The notes below the pieces were generated by a model. It was not told where the DNA came from. It saw only the letters and a list, made by a program, of their open reading frames with translations, and did not search any database. A stretch of 64,000 nt of DNA, taken from contig OZ024740.1 of NCBI GenBank assembly GCA_964016885.1, forward strand, positions 428,420,001 through 428,484,000, given 5' to 3'. The translations under genes and the position numbers were made by a program. The DNA is from Eledone cirrhosa. Lineage: Eukaryota. Shown here one piece after another: positions 1 to 12,000 of the stretch (its first letter is position 1; each line of letters opens with the position of its first letter).

Positions 1-3000
1 TCTCTTGGTCTTCTCACTCTCTTGGTCTGCTCTCTCTCTCTTGGTCTTCTCCCTCTCTCTTGAGCTGCTCTCTTACTCTTAGTCTTCTCTCACCCTCTTG
101 GTCTGCTCTCTCTCTTTGGGCTTCTCTCTCTATCTTGGTCTTCTCTCTCTCTCTTGGTCTTCTCTCTCTCTCTTGGTCTGCTCTCCTGCTCTTGGTCTTC
201 TCCCTCTCTTTAGGTCTTCTCTCTCTATCTTGGTATTCTCTCACTCTCTTGGTCTTCTCTCTCTCTCTTGGTCTTCTCTCACTCTCTTGGTCTGCTCTCT
301 CTCTCTCTTGGTCTTCACTCACTCTCTTGGTCTTCTCTCTCTCTCTCTTGGTATGCTCTCTCTCTTGGTCTTCTCTCTCTCTCTCTTGGTCTGCTCTCTC
401 TCTCTTGGTCTTCTCTTTCTCTCTTGGTCTTCTCTCACTCTCTTGGTCTGCTCTCTCTCTCTCTTAGTCTTTTCTCACTCTTTTAGTCTGCTCTCTCTCT
501 CTCTAGGTCTGCTCTCTCTCTCTTGGTCTTCTCTCTCTCTCTTGGTCTGATCTCTCTCTCTTGGTCTTCTCACACTCTCTTGGTCTTCTCTCACTCTCTT
601 GGTCTTCACTCTCTCTCTCTTAGTCTTCTCTGTCTCTCTTGGTCTTCACTCACTCTCTTGGTCCTCTCTCACTCTCTTGGTCTTCTCCCATTCTCATGGT
701 CTTCTCTCTCTCTTTTGGTCTTCACTCACTCTCCCGGTCTTCACTCACTCTCTTGGACTTCACTCACACTCTTGGTCTTCTCTCACTCTCTTGGTCTTCT
801 CTCTCTCTCTCTTGGTCTTCTCTCTCTCTCTCTTGGTCTTCTCTCACTCTCTCGGTCCTCTCTCTCTCTCTTTGTCTTCTCTCACTCTGTTTGCCTTTTC
901 TATCTCTCTCTTGGTCTTCTCTCACTCTCTCTCTCGGTCTTCTCTCACTCTCTTGGTCTTCCACCACTCTCTTGGTATCCTCTCTCACTTTTGGTCTTCT
1001 CTCTCTCTCTCTTGGTCTTTTCTCACTCTCTTGGTCTTCTCTCACTCTCTTGGTATCCTCTCACTCTCTTGGTCTGCTCTCTCTCTCTCTCTCTTGGTCT
1101 TCCCTATCTCTCTTGGTCTTCACTCTCTCTCCATTGGTCTTCACTCACTCTCTTAGTTTTCTCAGACTCTCTTGGTCTTCGCTCTCTCTCATGGTCTTCT
1201 CTCACTCTCTTGGTCTTCTCTCTCTCTTGGTCTTCTCTCACTCTCTTGGTCTTCTCTCTCTCTCTCTCTCTTGGTCTTCACTCACTCTCTTGGTTTTCTT
1301 TCACTCTTTTGGTCTTCTCACACTCTCTTGGTCTTCTCTCTCTCCCTTGGTCTGCTCTCTCGCTCTTGGTCTTCTCTCTCTCTCTCTTGGTCTTCTCTCT
1401 ATATATTGGTCTTCTCTCTCTCTCTTGGTCTTCTCTCTCTCTCTTGGTCTTCTCTCACTCTCTTGGTCTGCTCTCTCTCTCTCTGTCTGCTCTCTCTGTC
1501 TTGGTCTTCTCTCTCCCTCTTGGTCTGCTCTCTCGCTCTTGGTCTTCTCTCTCTCTCTTGGTCTTCTCTCTCTATCTTGGTCTTCTCTCTCTCTCTTGCT
1601 CTTCTCTCACTCTCATGGTTTTCTCTCACTCTCTTGGTCTGCTCTCTCTCTCTTGGTCTGCCCTCTCTATCATGGTCTTCTCTCTCTCTCTCTTGGTCTT
1701 CTCTCTCTATCTTGGTCTTCTCTCTCTCTCTCTTGCTCTTCTCTCACTCTCATGGTTTTCTCTCACTCTCTTGGTCTTCTCTCACTATCTTGGTTTTCAC
1801 TCTGTCTCTTAGTCTTCTCTGTCTCTCTTGGTCTCCACTCACTCTCTTGGTCTTCTCTCACTCTCTCTTGGTCTTCTCTCTCTATCTTGGTCTTCTCTCT
1901 CTCTCTTCGTCTTCTCTCACTCTCTTGGTCTTCTCTCTCTCTCTTGGTCTTCTCTCACTCTCATGGTCTTCTCTCTCTCTTTTGGTCTTCACTCACTCTC
2001 CCGGTCTTCACTCACTCTCTTGGTCTTCACTCACTCTCTTGGTCTTCTCTCACTCTCTTGGTCTTCTCTCACTCTCTTGGTCTTCTCTCTCTCTCTCTTG
2101 GTCTTCTCTCACTCTCTTGGTCTTCTCTCACTCTCTTGGTATTCTCTCTCTCTATCTTGGTTTTCTCTCTCTCTTGGTCTTCTCTCACTCTCTTGGTCTT
2201 CTCTCTCTCTCTTGGTCTTCTCTCACTCTCTTGGTCTGCTCTCTCTCTCTCTTGGTCTTCTCTCTCTATCCTGGTCTTCTCTCTCTCTTTGTCTGCTCTC
2301 TCGCCCTTGGTCTTCTCTCTCACTCTCTTGGTCTTCTCTCTCTATCTTGGTATTCTCTCACTCTCTTGGTCTTCTCTCTCTCTTGGTCTTCTCTCTCTCT
2401 CTTGAATCTTCTCTCTCTCTCTCTTGGTCTTCTCTCACTCTCTTGGTTTTCTCTCTCTCTTGGTCTTCTCTCTCTCTTGGTCTTCTCTCTCTCTTGGTCT
2501 TCTCTCTCTCTCTTGAATCTTCTCTCTCTCTCTTGGTCTTCTCTCACTCTCTTGGTTTTCTCTCTCTCTTGGTCTTCTCTCTCTCTTGGTCTTCTCTCTC
2601 TCTCTTGAATCTTCTCTCTCTCTCTTGGTATTCTCTCACTCTCTTGGTCTTCTCTCTCTCTTGGTCTTCTCTCTCTCTCTTGAATCTTCTCTCTCTCTCT
2701 TGCTCTTCTCTCACTCTCATGGTTTTCTCTCACTCTCTTGGTCTTCTCTCACTCTCTTGGTTTTCACTCTGTCTCTTAGTCTTCTCTGTCTCTCTTGGTC
2801 TGCTCTCTCTCTCTTGGTCTTCACTCACCCTCTTGGTCTTCTCTCTCTCTCTTAGTATGCTCTCTCTCTTGGTCTTCTCTCTCTCTCTTGGTCTGCTCTC
2901 TCTCTCTTGGTCTTCTCTCACCCTCTTGGTCTGCTCTCTCTCTTTGGGCTTCTCTCTCTATCTTGGTCTTCTCTCTCTCTCTTGGTCTTCTCTCTCTCTC

Positions 3001-6000
3001 TTGGTCTGCACTCCTGCTCTTGGTCTTCTCCCTCTCTCTAGGTCTTCTCTCTCTATCTTGGTATTCTCTCACTCTCTTGGTCTTCTCTCTCTCTCTCTTG
3101 GTCTTCTCTCACTCTCTTGGTCTTCTCTCTCTTGGTCTTCTCTCACTCTCTTGGTCTTCTCTTTCTCTCTTGGTCTTCTCTCTCTCTCTTGGTCTGCTCT
3201 CTCTCTCTCTCTCTTAGTCTTTTCTCACTCTCTTGGTCTGCTCTCTCTCTCTCTCTTGTTCTGCTCTCTCTCTCTTGGTCTTCTCTCTCTCTCTTGGTCT
3301 GCTCTCTCTCTCTTAGTCTTCTCTCACCCGCTTGTTCTGCTCTCTCTCTCTTGGGCTTCTCTCTCTCTATTGGTCTTCTCACACTCTCTTGGTCTTCTCT
3401 CTCTCTCTTGGTCTGCTCTCTCGCTCTTGGTCTTTTCTCTCTCTCTTGGTCTTCTCTCTCTATCTTGGTCTTCTCTCTCTCCCTTGGTCTTCTCTCTCTC
3501 TCTTGGTCTTCTCTCACTCTCTTGGTCTGCTCTCTCTCTCTTGGGCTGCACTCTCTCTCATGGTCTTCTCTCTCTCTCTTGGTCTTCTCTCTCTCTCTTG
3601 GTCTTCTCTCACTCTCTTGGTCTTCTCTCTATCTCTTGTTTTTCTATCACTCTCTTGGTCTTCTCTCTCTCTTCGTCTTCTCTCTCTATCTTGGTCTTCT
3701 CTCTCTCGCTTGGTCTTCTCTCTCTCTCTCTTGGTCTTCTCTCACTCTCATGGATTTCTCTCACTCTCTTGGTCTTCTCTCACTCTCTTGGTCTTCACTC
3801 TCTCTCTTAGTCTTCTCTGTCTCTCTTGGTCTTCACTCACTCTCTTGGTCTTCTCTCACTCTCTTGGTCTTCTCTCTCTCTCTTGGTGTTCTCTCATTCT
3901 CATGGTCTTCTCTCTCTCTTTTGGTCTTCACTCACTCTCCCGGTCTTCACTCACTCTCTTGGACTTCACTCACTCTCTTGGTCTTCTCTCACTCTCTTGG
4001 TCTTCTCTCACTCTCTTGGTCTTCTCTCTCTCTCTCTTGGTCTTCTCTCACTCTCTTGGTCTTCTCTCACTCTCTTGGTATTCTCTCTCTCTATCTTGGT
4101 TTTCTCTCTCTCTTGGTCTTCTCTTACTCTCTCGGTCCTCTCTCTCTTTCTTCGTCTTCTCTCACTCTGTTTGCCTTTTCTCTCTCTCTCTCTTGGTCTT
4201 CTCTCACTCTCTCTCGGTCTTCTCTCACTCTCTTGGTCTTCCCCCACTCTCTTGGTATCCTCTCTCACTCTTGGTCTTCTCTCTGTCTCTTGGTCTTTTC
4301 TCACTCTCTTGGTCTTCTCTCTCTCTCCTGGTCTTTTCTCACTCTCTTGGTCTTCTCTCTCTCTCTTGGTCTTCTCTCACTCTCTTGGTCTTCTCTCACT
4401 CTCTTGGTCTTCTCTCTCTCTCTCTTGGTCTTCTCTCACTCTCTTGGTCTTCTCTCACTCTCTTGGTATTCTCTCTCTCTATCTTGGTTTTCTCTCTCTC
4501 TTGGTCTTCTCTCACTCTCTTGGTCTTCTCTCTCTCTCTTGGTCTTCTCTCACTCTCTTGGTCTGCTCTCTCTCTCTCTTGGTCTTCTCTCTCTATCCTG
4601 GTCTTCTCTCTCTCTTTGTCTGCTCTCTCGCTCTTGGTCTTCTCTCTCACTCTCTTGGTCTTCTCTCTCTATCTTGGTATTCTCTCACTCTCTTGGTCTT
4701 CTCTCTCTCTTGGTCTTCTCTCTCTCTCTTGAATCTTCTCTCTCTCTCTTGGTCTTCTCTCACTCTCTTGGTTTTCTCTCTCTCTTGGTCTTCTATCTCT
4801 CTTGGTCTTCTCTCTCTCTTGGTCTTCTCTCTCTCTCTTGAATCTTCTCTCTCTCTCTTGGTCTTCTCTCACTCTCTTGGTTTTCTCTCTCTCTTGGTCT
4901 TCTCTCTCTCTTGGTCTTCTCTCTCTCTCTTGAATCTTCTCTCTCTCTCTTGGTCTTCTCTCACTCTCTTGGTCTTCTCTCTCTCTTGGTCTTCTCTCTC
5001 TCTCTTGAATCTTCTCTCTCTCTCTTGCTCTTCTCTCACTCTCATGGTTTTCTCTCACTCTCTTGGTCTTCTCTCACTCTCTTGGTTTTCACTCTGTCTC
5101 TTAGTCTTCTCTGTCTCTCTTGGTCTGCTCTCTCTCTCTTGGTCTTCACTCACTCTCTTGGTCTTCTCTCTCTCTCTTAGTATGCTCTCTCTCTTGGTCT
5201 TCTCTCTCTCTCTTGGTCTGATCTCTCTCTCTTGGTCTTCTCTCACCCTCTTGGTCTGCTCTCTCTCTTTGGGCTTCTCTCTCTATCTTGGTCTTCTCTC
5301 TCTCTCTTGGTCTTCTCTCTCTCTCTTGGTCTGCACTCCTGCTCTTGGTCTTCTCCCTCTCTCTAGGTCTTCTCTCTCTATCTTGGTATTCTCTCACTCT
5401 CTTGGTCTTCTCTCTCTCTCTCTTGGTCTTCTCTCACTCTCTTGGTCTTCTCTCTCTTGGTCTTCTCTCACTCTCTTGGTCTTCTCTTTCTCTCTTGGTC
5501 TTCTCTCTCTCTCTTGGTCTGCTCTCTCTCTCTCTCTCTTAGTCTTTTCTCACTCTCTTGGTCTGCTCTCTCTCTCTCTCTTGTTCTGCTCTCTCTCTCT
5601 TGGTCTTCTCTCTCTCTCTTGGTCTGCTCTCTCTCTCTTAGTCTTCTCTCACCCGCTTGTTCTGCTCTCTCTCTCTTGGGCTTCTCTCTCTCTATTGGTC
5701 TTCTCACACTCTCTTGGTCTTCTCTCTCTCTCTTGGTCTGCTCTCTCGCTCTTGGTCTTTTCTCTCTCTCTTGGTCTTCTCTCTCTATCTTGGTCTTCTC
5801 TCTCTCCCTTGGTCTTCTCTCTCTCTCTTGGTCTTCTCTCACTCTCTTGGTCTGCTCTCTCTCTCTTGGGCTGCACTCTCTCTCATGGTCTTCTCTCTCT
5901 CTCTTGGTCTTCTCTCTCTCTCTTGGTCTTCTCTCACTCTCTTGGTCTTCTCTCTATCTCTTGTTTTTCTATCACTCTCTTGGTCTTCTCTCTCTCTTCG

Positions 6001-9000
6001 TCTTCTCTCTCTATCTTGGTCTTCTCTCTCTCGCTTGGTCTTCTCTCTCTCTCTCTTGGTCTTCTCTCACTCTCATGGATTTCTCTCACTCTCTTGGTCT
6101 TCTCTCACTCTCTTGGTCTTCACTCTCTCTCTTAGTCTTCTCTGTCTCTCTTGGTCTTCACTCACTCTCTTGGTCTTCTCTCACTCTCTTGGTCTTCTCT
6201 CTCTCTCTTGGTGTTCTCTCATTCTCATGGTCTTCTCTCTCTCTTTTGGTCTTCACTCGCTCTCCCGATCTTCACTCACTCTCTTGCAGTTCACTCACTC
6301 TCTTGGTCTTCCCTCACTCTCTTGGTCTTCTCTCACTCTCTTGGTCTTCTCTCTCTCTCTCTTGGTCTTCTCTCACTCTCTTGGTCTTCTCTCACTCTCT
6401 TGGTATTCTCTCTCTCTATCTTGGTTTTCTCTCTCTCTTGGTCTTCTCTTACTCTCTCGGTCCTCTCTCTCTTTCTTCGTCTTCTCTCACTCTGTTTGCC
6501 TTTTCTCTTTCTCTCTCTTGGTCTTCTCTCACTCTCTCTCGGTCTTCTCTCACTCTCTTGGTCTTCCCCCACTCTCTTGGTATCCTCTCTCACTCTTGGT
6601 CTTCTCTCTGTCTCTTGGTCTTTTCTCACTCTCTTGGTCTTCTCTCTCTCTCCTGGTCTTTTCTCACTCTCTTGGTCTTCTCTCTCTCTCTTGGTCTTCT
6701 CTCACTCTCTTTGTCTGCTCTCTCTCTTTCTCTCTTGGTCTTCCCTATCTCTCTTGGTCTTCACTCTCTCTCCATTGTTCTTCACTCACTCTCTTGGTTT
6801 TCTCTGACTCTCTTGGTCTTCTCTCTCTCTCATGGTCTTCTCTCACTCTCTTGGTCTCTCTCTCTCTCTTGGTCTTCTCTCACTCTCTTGGTCTGCTCTC
6901 TCTCTCTCTCTTGGTCTTCTCTCTCTCGCTTGGTCTTCACTCTCTCTCCATTGGTCTTCACTCACTCTCTTGGTTTTCTTTCACTCTTTTGTGCTTCTCA
7001 CACTCTCTTGGTCTTCTCTCTCTCCCTTGGTCTGCTCTCTCGCTCATGGTCTTCTCTCTTTCTCTCTTGGTCTTCTCTCTCTATATTGGTCTTCTCTCTC
7101 TCTCTTGGTCTTCTCTCTCTCTCTCTTGGTCTGCTCTCACTCTCTTGGTCTGCTCTCTCTCTCTTGGTCTGCACTCTCTCTCTTGGTCTTCTCTCTCTCT
7201 CTTGGTCTTCTCTCTCTCTCTTGGTCTTCTCTCACTCTCTTGGTCTTCTCTTTCTCTCTTGGTCTTCTCTCACTCTCTTGGTCTGCTCTTTCTCTCTTGG
7301 TCTGCTCTCTCTCTCTTGGTCTGCACTCTCTCTCCTGGTCAGCTCTCGCTCTCTTGGTCTTCTCTCTCTCTTGGTCTTTTCTCACTCTCTTGGTCTTCTC
7401 TCAACCTCTTGGTCTTCTCTCTATCTCTTGTTTTTCTATCACTCTCTTGGTCTTCTCTCTCTCTCTTGGTCTTCTCTCTCTATCTTGGTCTTCTCTCTCT
7501 CTCTTGGTCTTCTCTCTCTCTTGGTCTGCTCTCTCGCTCTCTTTGTCTTCCCTCTCTCTCTTGGTCTTCTCTCTCTCTCTCTTGGTCTTCCCTCTCTCTC
7601 TTGGTCTTCTCTCTCTCTCTTGATCTTCTCTCTCTCTCTTGGTCTTCTCTCTCTCTCTTGGTCTTGTCTCTCTCTCTTGGTCTTCTCTCTCTATATTGGT
7701 CTTCTCTCTCTCTCTTGGTCTTCTCTCTCTCTCTCTTGATCTTCTCTCTCTCTCTTGGCCTTCTCTCACTCTCTTGGTCTTCAATCTCTCTCTTGGTCTT
7801 CTCTCACTCTCTTGGTCTGCTCTCTCTCTCTCTATTGGTCTTCACTCTCTCTCTTGGCCTACACTCTCTCTCCATTGGTATTCACTCACTCTCTTGGTTA
7901 ATTCTGACTCTCTTGGTCTTCTCTCTCTCTCTCTTGGTCTTCTCTCACTCTCTTGGTCTTCTCTCTCTCTCTTGGTCTTATCTCACTCTCTTGGTCTGCT
8001 CTCTCTCTTGGTCTTCTCTCTCTCTTGGTCTTCACTCTCTCTCCATTGGTGTTCACTCACTCTCTTGGTTTTCTCTCACTCTCTTGGTATTCTCACACTC
8101 TCTTGGTCTTCTCTCTCTCTCTCTTGGTCTTCTCTCACTCTCTTGGTCTGCTCTCTCTCTCTCTCTTGGTCTTCTCTCTCTCGCTTGGTCTTCACTCTCT
8201 CTCCATTGGTCTTCACTCACTCTCTTGGTTTTCTTTCACTCTTTTGTGCTTCTCACACTCTCTTGGTCTTCTCTCTCTCCCTTGGTCTGCTCTCTCGCTC
8301 ATGGTCTTCTCTCTTTCTCTCTTGGTCTTCTCTCTCTATATTGGTCTTCTCTCTCTCTCTTGGTCTTCTCTCTCTCTCTCTTGGTCTGCTCTCACTCTCT
8401 TGGTCTGCTCTCTCTCTCTTGGTCTGCACTCTCTCTCTTGGTCTTCTCTCTCTCTCTTGGTCTTCTCTCTCTCTCTTGGTCTTCTCTCACTCTCTTGGTC
8501 TTCTCTTTCTCTCTTGGTCTTCTCTCACTCTCTTGGTCTGCTCTTTCTCTCTTGGTCTGCTCTCTCTCTCTTGGTCTGCACTCTCTCTCCTGGTCAGCTC
8601 TCGCTCTCTTGGTCTTCTCTCTCTCTTGGTCTTTTCTCACTCTCTTGGTCTTCTCTCAACCTCTTGGTCTTCTCTCTAACTCTTGTTTTTCTATCACTCT
8701 CTTGGTCTTCTCTCTCTCTCTTGGTCTTCTCTCTCTATCTTGGTCTTCTCTCTCTCTCTTGGTCTTCTCTCTCTCTTGGTCTGCTCTCTCGCTCTCTTGG
8801 TCTTCCCTCTCTCTCTTGGTCTTCTCTCTCTCTCTCTTGGTCTTCCCTCTCTCTCTTGGTCTTCTCTCTCTCTCTCTCTTGATCTTCTCTCTCTCTCTTG
8901 GTCTTCTCTCTCTCTCTTGGTCTTGTCTCTCTCTCTTGGTCTTCTCTCTCTATATTGGTCTTCTCTCTCTCTCTTGGTCTTCTCTCTCTCTCTCTTGATC

Positions 9001-12000
9001 TTCTCTCTCTCTCTTGGCCTTCTCTCACTCTCTTGGTCTTCAATCTCTCTCTTGGTCTTCTCTCACTCTCTTGGTCTGCTCTCTCTCTCTCTATTGGTCT
9101 TCACTCTCTCCCTTGGCCTACACTCTCTCTCCATTGGTATTCACTCACTCTCTTGGTTAATTCTGACTCTCTTGGTCTTCTCTCTCTCTCTCTTGGTCTT
9201 CTCTCACTCTCTTGGTCTTCTCTCTCTCTCTTGGTCTTATCTCACTCTCTTGGTCTGCTCTCTCTCTTGGTCTTCTCTCTCTCTTGGTCTTCACTCTCTC
9301 TCCATTGGTGTTCACTCACTCTCTTGGTTTTCTCTCACTCTCTTGGTATTCTCACACTCTCTTAGTCTTCTCACTCTCTTGGTCTGCTCTCTCGCTCTTG
9401 GTCTTCTCTCTCTCTCTCTTGGTCTGCTCTCTCTCTCTCTTGGTCTTCTCTCACTCTCTTGGTCTGCTCTCTCTCTCTCTCTTGGTCTTCTCTTTCTCTC
9501 TTGGTCTTCTCTCTCTCTCTCTCTTAGTCTGCTCTCTCTCTCTTGGTCTTCTCTCTCTCTCTTGATCTGCTCTCTCTCTCTCTTAGTCTTCTCTCACCCT
9601 CTTGGTCTGCTCTCTCTCTTTGGGCTTCTCTCTCTATCTTGGTCTTCTCTCTCTCTCTTGGTCTTCTCTCTCTCTCTTGGTCTGCTCTCCTGCTCTTGGT
9701 CTTCTCCCTCTCTTTAGGTCTTCTCTCTCTATCTTGGTATTCTCTCACTCTCTTGGTCTTCTCTCTCTCTCTTGGTCTTCTCTCACTCTCTTGGTCTGCT
9801 CTCTCTCTCTTGGTCTTCACTCACTCTCTTGGTCTTCTCTCTCTCTCTTGGTATGCTCTCTCTCTTGGTATTATCTCTCTCTCTTGGTCTGCTCTCTCTC
9901 TCTTGGTCTTCTCTCACTCTCTTGGTCTGCTCTCTCTCTCTTGGTCTTCTCTTTCTCTCTTGGTCTTCTCTCACTCTCTTGGTCTGCTCTCTCTCTCTCT
10001 CTCTTAGTCTTTTCTCACTCTCTTAGTCTGCTCTCTCTCTCTCTTGGTCTGCTCTCTCTCTCTCTTGGTCTTCTCTCTCTCTTGGTCTGCTCTCTCTCTC
10101 TTGGTCTTCTCACACTCTCTTGGTCTTCTCTCACTCTCTTGGACTTCACTCACTCTCTTGGTCTTCTCTCACTCTCTTGGTCTTCTCTCACTCTCTTGGT
10201 CTTCTCTCTCTCTCTCTTGGTCTTCTCTCACTCTCTTGGTCTTCTCTCTCTCTCTTAGTATGCTCTCTCTCTTGGTCTTCTCTCTCTCTCTTGGTCTGCT
10301 CTCTCTCTCTTGGTCTTCTCTAACCCTCTTGGTCTGCTCTCTCTCTTTGGGCTTCTCTCTCTATCTTGGTCTTCTCTCTCTCTCTTGGTCTTCTCTCTCT
10401 CTCTTGGTCTGCACTCCTGCTCTTGGTCTTCTCCCTCTCTCTAGGTCTTCTCTCTCTATCTTGGTATTCTCTCACTCTCTTGGTCTTCTCTCTATCTCTC
10501 TTGGTCTTCTCTCACTCTCTTGGTCTTCTCTCTCTTGGTCTTCTCTCACTCTCTTGGTCTTCTCTTTCTCTCTTGGTCTTCTCTCTCTCTCTTGGTCTGC
10601 TCTCTCTCTCTCTCTCTTAGTCTTTTCTCACTCTCTTGGTCTGCTCTCTCTCTCTCTCTTGTTCTGCTCTCTCTCTCTTGGTCTTCTCTCTCTCTCTTGG
10701 TCTGCTCTCTCTCTCTTAGTCTTCTCTCACCCGCTTGTTCTGCTCTCTCTCTCTTGGGCTTCTCTCTCTCTATTGGTCTTCTCACACTCTCTTGGTCTTC
10801 TCTCTCTCTCTTGGTCTGCTCTCTCGCTCTTGGTCTTTTCTCTCTCTCTTGGTCTTCTCTCTCTATCTTGGTCTTCTCTCTCTCCCTTGGTCTTCTCTCT
10901 CTCTCTTGGTCTTCTCTCACTCTCTTGGTCTGCTCTCTCTCTCTTGGGCTGCACTCTCTCTCATGGTCTTCTCTCTCTCTCTTGGTTTCTCTCTCTCTCT
11001 TGGTCTTCTCTCACTCTCTTGGTCTTCTCTCTATCTCTTGTTTTTCTATCACTCTCTTGGTCTTCTCTCTCTCTTCGTCTTCTCTCTCTATCTTTGTCTT
11101 CTCTCTCTCGCTTGGTCTTCTCTCTCTCTCTCTTGGTCTTCTCTCACTCTCATGGATTTCTCTCACTCTCTTGGTCTTCTCTCACTCTCTTGGTCTTCAC
11201 TCTCTCTCTTAGTCTTCTCTGTCTCTCTTGGTCTTCACTCACTCTCTTGGTCTTCTCTCACTCTCATGGATTTCTCTCACTCTCTTGGTCTTCTCTCACT
11301 CTCTTGGTCTTCACTCTCTCTCTTAGTCTTCTCTGTCTCTCTTGGTCTTCACTCACTCTCTTGGTCTTCTCTCTCTCTCTTGGTGTTCTCTCATTCTCAT
11401 GGTCTTCTCTCTCTCTTTTGGTCTTCACTCGCTCTCCCGGTCTTCACTCACTCTCTTGCAGTTCACTCACTCTCTTGGTCTTCTCTCACTCTCTTGGTCT
11501 TCTCTCACTCTCTTGGTCTTCTCTCTCTCTCTCTTGGTCTTCTCTCACTCTCTTGGTCTTCTCTCACTCTCTTGGTATTCTCTCTCTCTATCTTGGTTTT
11601 CTCTCTCTCTTGGTCTTCTCTTACTCTCTCGGTCCTCTCTCTCTTTCTTCGTCTTCTCTCACTCTGTTTGCCTTTTCTCTCTCTCTCTCTTGGTCTTCTC
11701 TCACTCTCTCTCGGTCTTCTCTCACTCTCTTGGTCTTCCCCCACTCTCTTGGTATCCTCTCTCACTCTTGGTCTTCTCTCTGTCTCTTGGTCTTTTCTCA
11801 CTCTCTTGGTCTTCTCTCTCTCTCCTGGTCTTTTCTCACTCTCTTGGTCTTCTCTCTCTCTCTTGGTCTTCTCTCACTCTCTTTGTCTGCTCTCTCTCTT
11901 TCTCTCTTGGTCTTCCCTATCTCTCTTGGTCTTCACTCTCTCTCCATTGGTCTTCACTCACTCTCTTGGTTTTCTCTGACTCTCTTGGTCTTCTCTCTCT